NCBI RefSeq assembly: GCF_004010195.1 | Contig: NC_057711.1 | Location: 76,277,817 to 76,341,816 of the forward strand | DNA: 64,000 nt | Source of the DNA: Chiloscyllium plagiosum | Lineage: Eukaryota | Direction of reading: 5' to 3' | Part shown: piece after piece, positions 27,246 to 40,950 of the stretch | Layout: every line of letters begins with the position of its first letter | Position numbering within the stretch: position 1 is the stretch's first letter | Notes under the pieces: model-generated | The model's database searches: none | Seen by the model: only the letters and a program-made list of their open reading frames with translations | What the model was told of the DNA's origin: nothing | Translations under genes and position numbers: made by a program

Positions 27246-28740
27246 GCATAGTCTTGAAAAATTACAGCCAGTGACTGACATTATAAAGTGATTCTAAACA
27301 ACAGTGCAGAGAAGTTTGGAACTTAGTTTTGTAAAGAAAATTAATGCAAGATCAATTTTAAAGTTTATCCTTGATCTGTATACTTCTATTTTGCTCCCCA
27401 AAGGCATACAGAAGAGCAGCGCATTGGAGTTAACGTGGATCATCTTGAACCACCAGACTTGAAGGAATAAGTAGCCTGAACCTATTCCTATGTGTGTCTG
27501 AGAATTTTAAACAATGGAAAAAGCTTTCCTGAATGAATAGAATTGGCAGAAACATCTCTCTGATCTGAAGGCATGGGTTACTTATGTGAGTGGGGGACAA
27601 ATTTGGGTGAGCACTTTGTTGGATAAGCCTTAAAGGTTACAAACACTTGGATTTGAATATAGTTATGGCACACCTTGTATGTGAATTTCTTTTTAATTCT
27701 ACTCAGATTAAGGGGTTGTCTGTCAATTTTGGGGATACGCTCAGACATTGTTCCACGGACTTTCCTGGGCTACATCTGGTAATGCCAAAACAATGGTTTA
27801 AAAAGTTGTTAGAATGAGAGCATTCAGTTGTATTTACATTTTAGCAATGACACTCTGAAGCAGTTTGTTTTAGTTGCAACAGAACCTTAAGCAGTTTCCA
27901 GGAATTGTATTTTGTTCTGATTATTACTTTCTTAAATAAAACTTTCATCAATCCTTTGAGTAAAGGTTAGAAGGGTGTGCAAAACAATTTTAGTTTCTGA
28001 CATTGCTCAATGAAGATTCTAGTCCTCTCAGTTGGCAAAGCTAAACATTTATTTTGTGTTTTGTGTGCACTGTATTAACATAACACATCCCAAGTGATAT
28101 TACTCATTGGATGTTGGATGCTGTGCTGCGTTTTCTCTTTAAAAAGAGAAACATTACACCAACAGGGTAACATCTATTCAACTGCGAAGATGCAGCTGTT
28201 TCTAATCAGATCACACTCTTGACGTCATAAAGTCTAATTGCTGTCAATCGGTACAAACGGCTTTTCTTTAAAATTTTGCGACTGCTTTTTCTTTAAGTTT
28301 CCTATCTGTTCGGGTGCAATGTGGTGTTGCATGAATATGGAAGTAAATCTGTCCGATTCAAGTGCAATGTGCACAACAAATGTAATTGAGTTGAGAGACT
28401 GAAAGCATGTCAATGGCCTCAGATGTTTTATAAGGTATTTTGTGCTGCCGTGGTTTTAAATTGTACCTGGTAAATGATGGACAAAACATCAATGTTTTTG
28501 CATCACACTTCAGAAAGTTTGACATGCTATCAATATGTGGAGAGAGAATTATATTAATATGTATGATTTAGAGTGAAAAAAAATCATTTTGAGATGAACA
28601 TTCATACTGTGGATACAGTATGCTAAATATTATACGGCCAAATACCAGTAATATATAACAAAATTTGAAATTGGGGACAAGGTATAGATTCATGCCAGTT
28701 ATTCCTTTGTAATCTGCAATAAGACCAGATGGTAGTTTTT

Positions 28741-29050
28741 AGATTACATTACATTACAGTGTGGAAACAGGCCCTTCGGCCCAACAAGTCCACACCGACC
28801 CGCCGAAGCGAAACCCACCCATACCCCTACATTTACCCCTTACCTAATACTACGGGCAATTTAGTATGGCCAATTCACCTGACCCTGCACATCTTTGGAC
28901 TGTGGGAGGAAACTGGAGCACCCGGAGGAAACCCACGCAGACACGGGGAGAACATGCAAACTCCACACAGTCATTCGCCTGAGGCGGGAATTGAACCCAG
29001 ATCTCAGGCGCTGTGAGGCAGCAGTGCTAACCACTGTGCCACTGTGCCGC
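28741..29050 (-). mobile_element. Young HE1/V-SINE-like SINE
   Basis: Near-identical reverse complement of 21146-21468. Confidence 0.93.
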
Positions 29051-29899
29051 TTTAAATGATGGTATGCAGATTTTGTTCTTCAAAGCCTGAGATTACTGAT
29101 GCACCATACCAAACCATCACTGATGTGTCCAAATCATCTATACCAGCAGTGCCTAATGTCCTAAGCATGACATTTTTGATGATTGGAGTTAAAATTATGC
29201 TTGACAGAAAGCAGGAATAAAAGTTGGCACATCTCCCTTGGATTTGGCATGCATATTTTTATTGGTTCCAATGTAAATTTCAACTGAAACGAATCATGAA
29301 CCTTTCAGGGTGGGAGGGTCAATGGTGGGGTGTCATGGCAGTGGAGGAAATTGAACAAAAGCTGGGGAAATTCCAAACTAGACAACTGCAAAAACCTCAA
29401 CATTACTAATGCCAACTAGGCTCTAAATACAGCCTACATCCTTAAAGGAATTTTGTAACAAAAGACTCTTCTATCATGCTATGTGTGGTTGAATGACCGT
29501 CAAACATGAACAATAAAGTGCCGAAGTGTCTAATTTCTTAAGTTACTGGTTCAGAACAGAAATGCTTTGACAATAAGGAATGACTGTTAATTTACTTAAT
29601 ATGTGAGTGTGCTCCAGTGCCACACTAATGATTTTATTTAAAATATTACAGATGACAAAATTCCTTTTATAGCAGAGGTAATTGCATTTAACTACAATGG
29701 TTGTCCACTGGACTATATTTGCAGAAGAATTCTTTTAAATGACAGTATTTTTCTCCCAAAAAAATACAGCTTGCCAGGCTGAACTCTTAATCCTGGGATT
29801 AGTAGTAGACTGACATTCTGCAAAGATATGATCTGATCCTTGTTTGTTCTGATTTACTTGTTTATGTATTTGTGCTTATAATTTTATTCCAGAACACCA

Positions 29900-30730
29900 C
29901 CAACTTAAACTCCATATAGTATCCTTCAAAACAAAAGAATGTGTGGAGGCTCTTCACAGGAGCATTAGCAACAATATTTGCCATGTGTCACACAAGGAAC
30001 TATTAAGGCAGATGACCAATTTTTTTTGAAGAGGGAGCTTTAAGGAACATACTGAAGGTTGAACGAGAGGCAGAAATGTTTAGCAGAGAATTCCTGTGCT
30101 CAGGACCTTGGTAACTAATGATATGGTCACCAATGATGAAATGGTTAAAATTGACTATGCTCAAAAGTGTAGAATTGGAGGGGAGCAACATCTTGGAGGG
30201 TTAAAAGGCTGCAGTATATTAAAGTGGTAGAATGAGCAAAGCAATGGACAGATTTGATATTAGAATGAAATTTTAAAAATTGAGGCACTGCAATGTAGGC
30301 CAGTAAGTGTAAGGAATGTGATTTTATGCAAAATTTGATGGCAATATTTTGGATGATCTTGGTACAATGTGAGAGTTAAAGAAGGATGCATTAGTGTTGT
30401 CGACTCTAATGGTAACAAGTGCAACAAATGAAACAAATCAGCAAATGAACTGTGTCATGTGTTGATTTGGACAATGTTAGAGGTGGAAATAGGCATTTGT
30501 AATGATGGTCTGATATGTGCTCCGAAACTACTTTCCAGTTTAAATATGTCAACAATGAAGTTGCTTAGTTTAACCTCAGTTGCCAGGAAGGGAGATCCGG
30601 TTGATGGAAAGAAACTAAATTTTAGTCATGGGGAGAAAGACTGTGGATTTGATCATCTGAAAACTTTGTAAGGAGAAATTACTATTTTGCTTATCCAACA
30701 TTCAGTTTTAGAAATCTGACAGTTTGGAAG
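29900..30730 (-). mobile_element. Ancient L2-like LINE remnant
   Basis: Decayed L2-type 3' region (ctttaaggaacat...agagaattcc...ggccttggtaact). A similar patch lies at 23460-23750. Confidence 0.45.
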
Positions 30731-31087
30731 TAGTGGATGGCTTGAGAGAAAACAACTGTTTTAAGATGTTTCTAGATACTTTTTTCTTTCTCTGCACTCT
30801 TCAAATGAGGAGCTTCTGAAAAACGTTTGAATCTACATTTTTAAACCGGAGCTATCAAAATATGGGATGTAGTAGACTGATTAACAACATGATATTCTAC
30901 TTGAGTTTACCAGGATAAGCAATGTCAGCATTAATGCAGATCAGATGCTTTAGATTCCCGAATCCACACTGCTGATGTCTTTCATTTATTTTTCGCAAAC
31001 ACTGATGCTAATTCCAAATATAGTTTGGTGAAGTTCTTTTTTATTTGAGTTCACATAATTGAAAGATTTCAGGAAACTTTTTTCAAT

Positions 31088-31392
31088 AGAATCATTTGAA
31101 TCCCTAAAGCATAGAAGCAGGCCATTTGGCCCATTGAGTGCATACTGACCCTCTAAAGAACATTCCCCCATCCCCTACCCTATCCCTGTAACCCTGCATT
31201 TTCCCAAGGCTAATCCACCTAGCCTGCTGGTCTTTGGACTGTAGGGAATAAACCGAAACACCCGGAAGAAACCCACGCAGATATGGGGAGAATATGCAGA
31301 CTCCGCACAAACAGTGGCCTGAGGGCGGAATCAAATCAGGACCATGGTGTTGTGAGGCAGCAGTGATAACCACTGAACCACCATGCTGCCCC
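31088..31392 (-). mobile_element. HE1/V-SINE-like SINE
   Basis: Reverse complement of the head, central domain and tail. Confidence 0.88.
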
Positions 31393-31640
31393 TTGACTCT
31401 TGATGGTTTGTGGTTGTTGTAAGTTTCTGGTTGTTGAATTTTTTTTTAAAACTCATTTTAAAACTTTTTGGAGTATACTTAAGAAGACAATTTAAAAAAA
31501 AACTCCGTGTGTGTCAGATTGGAAATCTATGGAATGTATTAAGCATCTGTGGTTCACAAGCTTATTTTCATTATAGTTACTTTAAAGAAAAATGAGAATC
31601 AATGGAACATCAATGAGTAAGGACTGTTTTCATTGTGAAA

Positions 31641-33410
31641 AGTTAAAAATCTCACAACACCAGCTTATTGTCCAACAGTTTTATTTGGAAACATAGCTTT
31701 CGGTGTGCTGCTCCTTCATCAGGTGGTTGTTTAGTATAAGATTGTAAGACGCAGAATTTATAGCAAAAGTTTACAGTGTGATGTAACTGAAATTATATAT
31801 TGAAAAAGACCGAGATTATTTGTTAAGTCTCTCATCTTTTAGAATGACCATGTTGGTTTCAGTTCTTGCATATGTAAATCGCAGATCATTTACAAGTTAC
31901 ATTCTCAAGTGAACTTTAACAACTGGTGCCATGTCGGCCCAGATAATGTATTGAAGGTGTGAGCTGCCCTGTGTGCGACTGTCTGTGCCACGATGGTCAG
32001 ACTGATTCCAATCGAAAAAAACAGATTACAGAATCTTACATGGATTAATGCAGTTTCTGAGCAAAATAAAATGCAATTCTGCAAGTACAATTTTACCCCA
32101 CAAACTTGTATATGTGGGGGGGGGGGTGTGGTGGCGGGGGAGGGGTCTGAGTGTCTGTGAGAGTGTTTGTATGTATGTGTGAATGTAAAGGGGTATAAGC
32201 CTATGAGAGGGTGCATATGTAAGTGTGGGAGTGTATGAGAGAAGGTCTCTGAGGTGTATGGGTCTGTGGGAGTGTGCGCGTGCACCTGTCTGTGTGTATA
32301 TAGTGCAATGGTGCACCTGTAGCGTGACATGAGCCCAAGGTCCCGGTTGAGGCCATCCCTAAACCTGGCTATCAGCTTCTGCTCGGCCATATTTCATTGT
32401 TGCTTGTCCTGAAGTCTGCCTTGGAGGACAGTCACCCGAAGGTCCAAGGTCGAATGTCCTGGACCACTGAAGTGTTCTCTGTCTGGGAGGGAACACTCCT
32501 GTCTGTTGATTGTGCGGTGTCCATTCATCCATTTCTGTAGACTCTCCTTGGTCTCGCTAATGTACCATGCCTTGGGGCATCCTTGCCTGCAGTGTATGAG
32601 ATAGACAACGTTGTCTGAGTCGCATGAATAACTGCCACGTTCATGGTGGGAGGAACCCATGGGGATGGCCTCAACCGGGACTTGGGTTCATGTCACACTA
32701 CAGGTGACCCCATTGCACTATACACGCATGCACTCAGAGGAGTGCACGCAGATGCAGACACATACGTGCTCTCCTACATATACATGCATTCGGACCCTCT
32801 CTCTCTCTCGCTCACATATATACTCCCACATGCACCCTCTCTCAGGCGTATACCCCTTTACACTCATACATACATACAAACACACACACTCTCTCACAGA
32901 CACTTATAACCACTGCCACCTCTGCACGCACGCAAATGCGCCCCCCACCCTCAACGCACATGCACGCATACACATACCAGTTCGTGGGGTGAATTTGTAC
33001 TTGCAGAATTACATTTTACTTTTATTGTAAAAGATGAGAGACTTTACAAACAATCCAGGTCTTTTTAAATTTAATGTATAATTTTTTTTAGATTAGATTC
33101 CCTAAATGTGGAAACAGTCCCTTCGGCCCAACCAGTCCACACCGACCCTCCGAAGAGTAACCCACCCAGACACACTTCCCTCTGAATGATGCACCTAACA
33201 CTATGGCAATTTAGCATGGGCAATTCACCTAATGAAATAATGTAAACCTTTGGTCTAAATTCTGTGTCTTACAATCTTATTTTGCACAACCACCTGATGA
33301 AGAAGCGGCGTTCCGAAAGCTACTGCTTCCAAATAAACCTGTTGGACTATAACCTGGTGTTGTGTGATTTTTAACTTTATATGTGCCAGTCCAACACCAG
33401 CATCTCCAAA
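31641..33410. mobile_element. Penelope-like element (family B) with inverted arms, GIY-YIG remnant and hammerhead motifs
   Basis: TSD tcattgtgaaa at 31630-31640 and 33411-33421. The minus-strand ORF has SCDSDNVVYLIHCRQGC..AWYISET (GIY-YIG). The arms at about 31641-32360 and 32658-33378 are inverted. Hammerhead motifs lie at 31692-31725 (-) and 33291-33325 (+). Confidence 0.88.
33088..33232 (-). mobile_element. 5'-truncated HE1-like SINE nested in the Penelope-like element
   Basis: Tail half of the SINE, starting tagattagattccctaaatgtggaaacag. Confidence 0.8.
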
Positions 33411-35460
33411 TCATTGTGAAACATTGTATGAGCATTTACTTTTGACAAATCCATATTTTGAAAATTCTCTCGACAATTATGGCTATTTTATCATGTTCTA
33501 CAGCTGCAAATTGATTTGTCTTATGTCTAGAATTTTGTAGTTTTCAAGTCATATCTTCAGAAGGAGCTTTATAGTTGGAAATGAATTCTAAAGGTTTTTA
33601 TGAAACAAAACAATAAGATTAGGGTGCTAATTAAATGCCAGTTAATTTTTATTAGTTTTGTTTTGTTGGATTGTATAGAAAATATCCATGTTATTGATAA
33701 TTTAGTCAAAAATTGTGAGGTTATTACTTCAATTTTCAGCTTGCTCCAGTTAGATTAATCCCATATTTTTATTTCAAAAGCCATGATATGCTTCACCTGG
33801 TCAGACCAGCAGAATTGTAACCTAATAAATTGTGGGCTAAGTTTAGTTAATGAATGCAGATGGTATTTGGCCATTGTATGTGTAAAATGACTAACATATC
33901 ACCTCACCATATCGTGCTGAAACAGGAAATACTTGACAGGTAAACCAATAAATGACACATCTAGTATCATTCTACTTTTCAGACAATTTCAGGGAATTGC
34001 ACCAAATTTATTTCTGCTGAACTATTTACTGCAATTCGCTAACCCTTTGAGTAAGGTCAGAATTGTGGGTTTATTGAAAGAGCGCATACGAAAATAATGT
34101 TTTTTGATTATGTAGACAGGAGAATGAGAAGATTTGTTATTTTTGTCAGCATTTATAGACCCTATATATGGACCTCATCAAATACAGTAAATAAGTTTGC
34201 CAAGTTTCAAAACATGTCCCATGTTAAAGTATCTCATTTAATTTCTGTTAAGAAATGTAAATATTATCGATCAGAATGTTACAAAAAGAATGCATTAAAG
34301 AAACTGAAAATGTAGCTGAAAAAGTGGCTACTTGTTGGAAGTTGAGTTTGTGTTTGACCCTACTGCATCCATTTATTAATTCTCTGTAAAAGCAGCAATT
34401 CTACCATCCAGAAGTAAGGAATATAACTTAGGACAACACCCCTTCCAAGAGATTTTAGGCTCTGGAGCCAAACATTCTTCCTCCTACACACAGTTTTTGC
34501 CTACATATCTTTTTTCTGATTAGATCCTGTTTCACCAGTTTTTCAACTCCAGCCCTCCAAACAGGATAAGTTGTAGTGACTCATCTCTCAAGTTGAAATA
34601 TTCCAATTTATTTATTTTGGCTTTTGGCGTTAGCACCATTGTGATGTTTAGTTTGGAACTTGGAATTGGAATATCCTTGAACCTTGCTGTAAAAACAATA
34701 GTTTACACAGTTATACCTTAACTGAGTTAATAATGTTGAAATTCTCACTCCCAAAATTGCAGTTGGAGTAGTTCTTTCATTTTTATCCATCCCCAAGCAA
34801 CTGAGTTTTAGTCACCCTGGATTAAGCATTTTTTTTGAGAATTGGTGAGTGAACAGCCACATTAAACTGAAATGACCTTCCATGATAAACTTTAAATTGT
34901 AGAAATTGTGAAACTCCAATGAAATTATCATATCATATGATGCCAAAACCAGTCATTTGTAAAGGTTCATCATATACATGTCTTAGTTCCTGCAACAATT
35001 TTAGAACTGTACTGTTTGTAATTTATATTGATTTTGGTGAGAAGAATGAAGCAAGACATTCTACTGCACTTCTGCCATAAGACCAGAAGATGCAGGAGCA
35101 TAATTAGGTTATTAAACCCATCTAGTCTGTTCCACCATTCTCAACTCCATTCCCTCGCCTTTTCATGTCACCCTTAATCCTCTTGTACCTGTCCATTACA
35201 CTAGTGTGTTTATGTTTTGAAGTATAATACTGTTCTCCTCCCAATTCATAATACACTGATTTTTTTTTTGTCATTTGCAGTTTTTAAAATTGTGCTTTGT
35301 ATACCCAAGTCAAAGTCACTAACATACATCAACAATAGCAGTGGTTCTAGCATCAACTCCTGGGGAACCCCATTACTTATCTTCCAGAATGGTCTGTACA
35401 TTTGGAATTTCACTGTTTGGTGCCAGTGTCTAATGTATTTTTTTCCATGTTCTACTGCAG

Positions 35461-35549
35461 GCATGGGACTCGATGTGCAGGAGAAGTAGCTGCTGTTGCA
35501 AACAATTCACATTGCACAATAGGAGTTGCTTACAATGCCAAGATTGGAG
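35461..35549 (+). CDS. PCSK5: PCSK5-like internal coding exon (89 bp) carrying the catalytic His
   Basis: Acceptor ttctactgcAG ends at 35460 and donor GT is at 35550. Translates to (K)[29 protein letters not shown](G). HGTRCAGE is the subtilase active-site His motif and NNSHCT is PCSK5-like. Phases match both neighbouring exons. Confidence 0.95.
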
Positions 35550-37306
35550 GTTTGTGAAGTCTTTCCATTCTAAAATGAAAGCAATGATGTGCAAATGGCC
35601 TGCACTGTGTGGCTACCTTTTTCTAACTTCACTTTTTTAGTACATTGTTTACTTTAATGGGGTTTTCTGGGCATTATGGAATACAAATATTCGATGGACA
35701 CAAGGGAAAGAAAGAAAGGGTGGGATATTTGGTCTGGAACACCATATGTTCACCTCTTAGTCCAGGATCAAACGTTCAACCCATACTGGTGGAATGAATG
35801 TCATTTTTCCCTGACAAGCGATCAGGGTATAGTGTTCAAATGGATTTGAAAATCTCTGATTTCTGTCAGTGGATTTGAATCACAATTATTTCCTTGAATG
35901 TGCCTGGTTAGACTTCTGCAGCAAGTTCCTATTAGATCAAGTAATAAGTGAAGTTTAGTTAGCCAAACAATGCATGAACATTTATATAATATTAATTGTG
36001 ATACAGTAAAGTATCTGTCATGCAAATACTCTTGCTGAAATTGTAGACTTTAGCAAAGTTGCCATCAATGGGATTAAATAATCTGTCAACAATAAACTGG
36101 TCAAATCTGTGAATGGAGAAAATGCAAAGAAAATTGTTCAATAAAGAATTCAATGTAAAAGAAGAACCAGTTTGGACTCATAAAGGGCAAGGATTCTACT
36201 CGCTAAAGTGGCAACTATGGCCAACTAAAGGAGAAAGAGAGCATAAGGAAAAAAACATACACGATTTTTAAAAAGAAAGCTATTGTAAATGGGAGAGATA
36301 CAATGAGTAACAAATGGTTAGAAAGCAGACAAGAATGGAATATGAAAAGAAACATATGAGACCTCAATCATCACAACCTTTTACAAATATATTAAGATAA
36401 AGAAGATAATTAGAATCACTGTGGCCACTTGAACACCAATCGTCATGAGATTATCAATGAAAATCAGAAAATGGCAGATGAAGTAAATTAATCAGTGCAT
36501 TGTTTAAGTAGGGAAGAGATGACCACACCAGATATCACTCAAACTATTATTGAATTGGAAAATTATGAGCATTGATATTTAAGAATACAATGACTGAACA
36601 CCTGTTAAAAATGTCCAGCTGATCTGAGTGCTAGCATGGATTTGTAAAGGATAGCTCATGCCTAACAAATCTGAATTCTTAAAAGAAATGACAGAAGTAG
36701 TGACTATGAAGAAGGCATTTGTGAAAAGTTTCACCTCCAGTTGACTCTATGCAACTAAATTCAAATTATTAATATAGCCAGAAAATTGACTGAGATATAG
36801 GTGATAGATCCTAATTTCAATTCCCGGGTCAGGAAAAGAGTTTGGAAAAATTCCTGGCTTTGCAAACCCAGGCATTAAAAATAGCTGTCCACACTTCACA
36901 TGATTGGTCTAGGTGTGGTTGGGCTGGAAGGTTAATTGGGCTAGGTGACCCAGGAAGAATCTTTGAAAATTCCTCAGGACCTGTGCTGGTTGGAAAGCCT
37001 CCTTAGGGACCCTGGCTCTGTTAACAAACTTTAAAAATAAAGATTAACACAGAAAACATCCCTCCAGCTCTCACCTCCCTATCTCCTCGATGCCAGACTA
37101 TGACCCTACAGTTACCCCAATGGTCCTTAATGATCATTCACTCTTTACCCATATACTCATCCGACCTGGCCCCTCCTATTTTAAAGCTTCCTATTTTCTG
37201 CTTGATGCTTTATAGCCCCTACACTAACTCAATGCCAACTCAGCCCTAATCACATCTTTGACCTTGCTTCTTCTTGCCAATTTATCTGTTTTGTGGCATA
37301 TAAATG

Positions 37307-37590
37307 ATTAGATTAGATTCCCTACAGTGTGGAAACAGACTCTTCGGTCCAACCAGTCCACACCAACCCTCTGAAGAGTAACCCATACAGACCCATTTCA
37401 CTCTGACTAATGCACTGAACATTATGGGCAATTAAGCATGGCCAATTCACCTGACCTGCACATCTTTGGACTGTGGGAGGAAACCGGAGCACCCGGAGGA
37501 AACCCACGCAGACACGGGGAGAATATGCAAACTCAACACAGAGTCACCTGAATCTGGGACCCTGGTGCACTGAGCCACCATGCCACCATC
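37307..37590 (-). mobile_element. HE1/V-SINE-like SINE
   Basis: Central domain and tail are well preserved; the head is partly deleted. Confidence 0.88.
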
Positions 37591-38921
37591 GCATGAAACA
37601 GCTACTGGTCTATTGGTTTTGTCACTACTAAAGGGGGGGGGGGGGGGGGTGAAGAGGATTTAAAAAAAAACACTTTCATTGATACAAAATCAGCATTCAA
37701 TACAGTGAAATAGAAAAAATTCCTCAATCAAATTTAAGTGTTCACTTATTTATATAAACAAACATTTCATTTATAGTTAATATTTCAGTCAAGCATTTCC
37801 CTCAAGTAATTAAAAATCTTGTGAATAAACATTTGCATTCAATAAGCAAATGGAATTATTTATCAGTGGCATCCTGTTGTGAAAATGATAGTTTGAGAGA
37901 TCGGTCATTAGCACAAATCTTATATTGGTTCAGTGTAGGCAAGCACTGGCAAATACCTGAGCAATGCTTTAAACTTTTTTTTGGCAACTTTGCAAATCCC
38001 AATGAATTTATGCAAGTAGAGGCACAATCAAATCTTTTCACAATGCAGAAAAGTACCTTGCCTATCACACATGGTCCCTCGCCTCCATGAAAAATCTTCC
38101 AGGAAGAGATCGAGGGGGCTACCTTATCAACGCAAAAAGTGAGAAGGGTGAGAAGGTTGCACTGTGCCCATCCTATAAGCCCCAGTGCCAACTTAATATC
38201 TGCTTCCAGGCATCATCCTTTTCCTGTTCACTGACCATGCTAATACATTGAGTAGAAGTAGAGTTTCAATAATATTCACCAAGCTCAATACTATCCTGGA
38301 TAATACAGCCTGCTTGATTGTTACCCCATTTAGTGCCTTCAACATTTACTGCTCCTGTCACCAACACATAGCCGTATTTAAGATGTCCAAAGAAAGAATT
38401 TAAATGCCCATAAGTACGCATGTATACCGAAGAAATGATATAGGTTTGTTATTTAAATTTCAGTATTTTAGATTTCACTGTTTTGAGTAAAATGTTGTTG
38501 TCCTTAATTATTTCTTCAAGGGATGTGGGTGTTGCTGCCAAGGCTAGCATTTATTGCCCATCCCTACTTGATCCTTGAGAATATGGTGGTTATGAGTTGC
38601 ATTTTGAATGGCAATATATTCCCAAGTCGAGATGTGCTGTGGCTTGGAAGAGATCTTGCAGATAGTAGTGGTGTTTTGTTATATCTGCTCCTGTTGTTCT
38701 TTTTAGGTGGATGTGGTTGCAAGTTTGGAAGATGTTGTCCAAGGATTCTCAGTATTTATATGTCTAGTCAAGTTCAGTTTCTGTTCAATGATATTGGGGC
38801 TTACTGTGAGGATGCGAAGACCATAAGAAATAGGAATATGATAGAGCATGCTCAAGGCACAGAACAGCCTATCATTCAGTAGGCTCTTGGGTGATCTGGC
38901 ACTCTTCACATTCACTCTTCC

Positions 38922-39240
38922 AGCAGCACAATGGCACAGTGGTTACCACTGCTGCCTTACAGCAGCAAGGACCTGGGTTTGCTCCCAGCCTTGGGTGACT
39001 GTTTGTTTATGTAGCATTTGGGCATTCTGTTTGTGCCTACACAGGTTTCTCCTGCAATCCAAAGATGTGTAGATAAGCATGGTCAATCTACCTAACTTAA
39101 AATTGCCCCATAATGTCCAGGGATGTGCCAGGTAGGTGAATTAGCCATGATAAAAGTGCCTTGCAGGGTCACAGGGATGAGGTGAGTCTGGATGGAGCGC
39201 TCTTCAGGATGGCCTTTCTCTGCATTGTAGGGATTCTACT
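38922..39240 (+). mobile_element. HE1/V-SINE-like SINE, degraded, inside an old LINE (about 38520-40070, minus strand)
   Basis: Head gcacagtggttaccactgctgcc and tail tgtagggattcta. Confidence 0.75.
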
Positions 39241-40094
39241 TTACTGCAACCTCCCTATAACTCTGGATTTTCCTACTGATGAAATTGAACATTCAGGGGC
39301 ACTGGTTAGATTTTCTTCTGATACTCATGTCCAGCACTTGTGTGGCATGAATGCTACTTTGAGACTTATTAGCCCAAGCCTGAATGTTGGACACATATGG
39401 ACACAGACCATTTTAGAACTTGAAGTGGTGAACAGTACTAATCATTACCTCATCATCTGTGAACATTCCCACTCTCCTTATGATGGAGAAAAGGTAGTTG
39501 AAGATGTTTTAGTTTATAACATTACCCTGAGGAACTCCTGCAGAAATGCTCTGGAGCTGAGAAGACTAATCTCCAACAAACACATCGATTTTAATTTGTG
39601 CCAACTAATGAAAAGATTTACCCCAATTGCCATGCACTCCAGTTTTGCTAGAGCTCCTTGATGCCACCCTCTGTTAAATACCACTTTAATATCAGGACTT
39701 GCTCTTTCCTTACCTGGAGTTGAGCTGCTTTTTTCCATGTTTGGACCAGGGCTATTCATGATGTCAGGAGCTGAGTGATCCTGATAGAACCGAAACTGAG
39801 TGTCAATGGATAGGTTATGCCTTTGAAAGTGCTCCTTCCATCACTTTACTGTGATGGAAGGAGCCTGCTTGTTTGGACTGGAGGTCCCTGGGATTTTCCT
39901 ACGTGGTCAAGTAGATGCTAGTATTGTAACAGTAATGGAACAGCTTGGTTAGGGGAGAAATAAATTGTAGAGCACAAATTTTCTTTCCTATTTCCTGTGT
40001 TATTGGGGCCCACAGCCTTTGCAGTATCCAGTATCTTCTCTTTCTTGATATTATGCAGAATGCATCAAATTATTGAGAACTTGTGAGCATAGAT

Positions 40095-40950
40095 GTAGTT
40101 AGTAAGTTTACAGATGACACCAAAATTGGAGGTGTAGTGGACAGCGAAGAAGGTTACCTCTGAGTACAATGGGATCTTGATCAGATGGCTCAATTGGCCG
40201 AGGAGTGGCCCATGGAGTTTAATTTAGATAAATGTGAAGCGCTGCAGCTTAGAGTGAATCAGAGCAGGACTGATACACTTAATGGGAAAGTCCAGAACAA
40301 AGAGACCTTGAAGTGCAGGTTCATAGCTCCTTGAAAGTGGAGTCGCAGGTGGATAGGATAGTGAGGCAGGCATTTGGTATGCTTTCCTTTATTGTTCAGA
40401 GCATTGTGTATAGGAGTTGGAAGGTCATGTTGTGGCTGTACAGGACATTGGTTAGGCCACTTTTGGAATATTGCATGCAATTCTTGTGTCCCTCCTCTCG
40501 GAAGGATGTTGTGAAACTTGAAAGGGTTCAGAAAAGATTTTACAAGGATGTTTCAGGGTTTGAGTTATATGGCGAGGCTGAGTAAGCTGGGGCTGTTTTC
40601 CTTGGAGTGTTGGAGGCTGAGGGGTGACCATTATGGAGGTTTATAAAATCATGACGGGCATGTATATGGTCAATAGACAAAGTCTTTTCCCTGGGGTGGG
40701 GGAGGCCAGAACTAGAGGGCATAGATTTAGGGTGAGAGGGGAAAGATATAAAAGAGACCTAAGGGTACGTGCATGGAATGAGCTGCCAGAGGAAGTGGTG
40801 GAGGCTGATACAATTACAACATTTTAAAGGCATCTGGATGAGTATATGAATAGGAAGGGTTTAGAGGAATATGGGCTAAGTGCTGGCAAATAACTCTAGA
40901 TTAGGTTGCGACATCTAGTTAGCATGGATCAGTTGGGCCAAAGAGTCTGT
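40095..40950 (+). mobile_element. CR1 LINE 3' portion (tail continues at 44346-44383)
   Basis: Contains KFTDDTK and YRTLVRPLLEYCMQF. The 3' UTR is split by the Penelope insertion. Confidence 0.9.

Larger units (their letters stand above)
5820..35460 (+). other. Intron of the PCSK5-like gene (29,641 bp, GT-AG, phase 2)
   Basis: Bounded by the splice sites of the 77-bp and 89-bp exons. The joined codon AA|G gives Lys, so the junction reads NENKHGTRC. Confidence 0.9.

Noticed and set aside
36790..38200. Possible MITE-like elements (also about 7470-7790 and 45850-46400)
   Set aside because: The composition differs from the flanks, but I could not define TIRs or TSDs.
21146..39240. circRNA formation from the 89-nt exon via inverted SINEs
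   Set aside because: The exon is very short, the pairs that span it are distant or diverged, and there is no evidence in the sequence.
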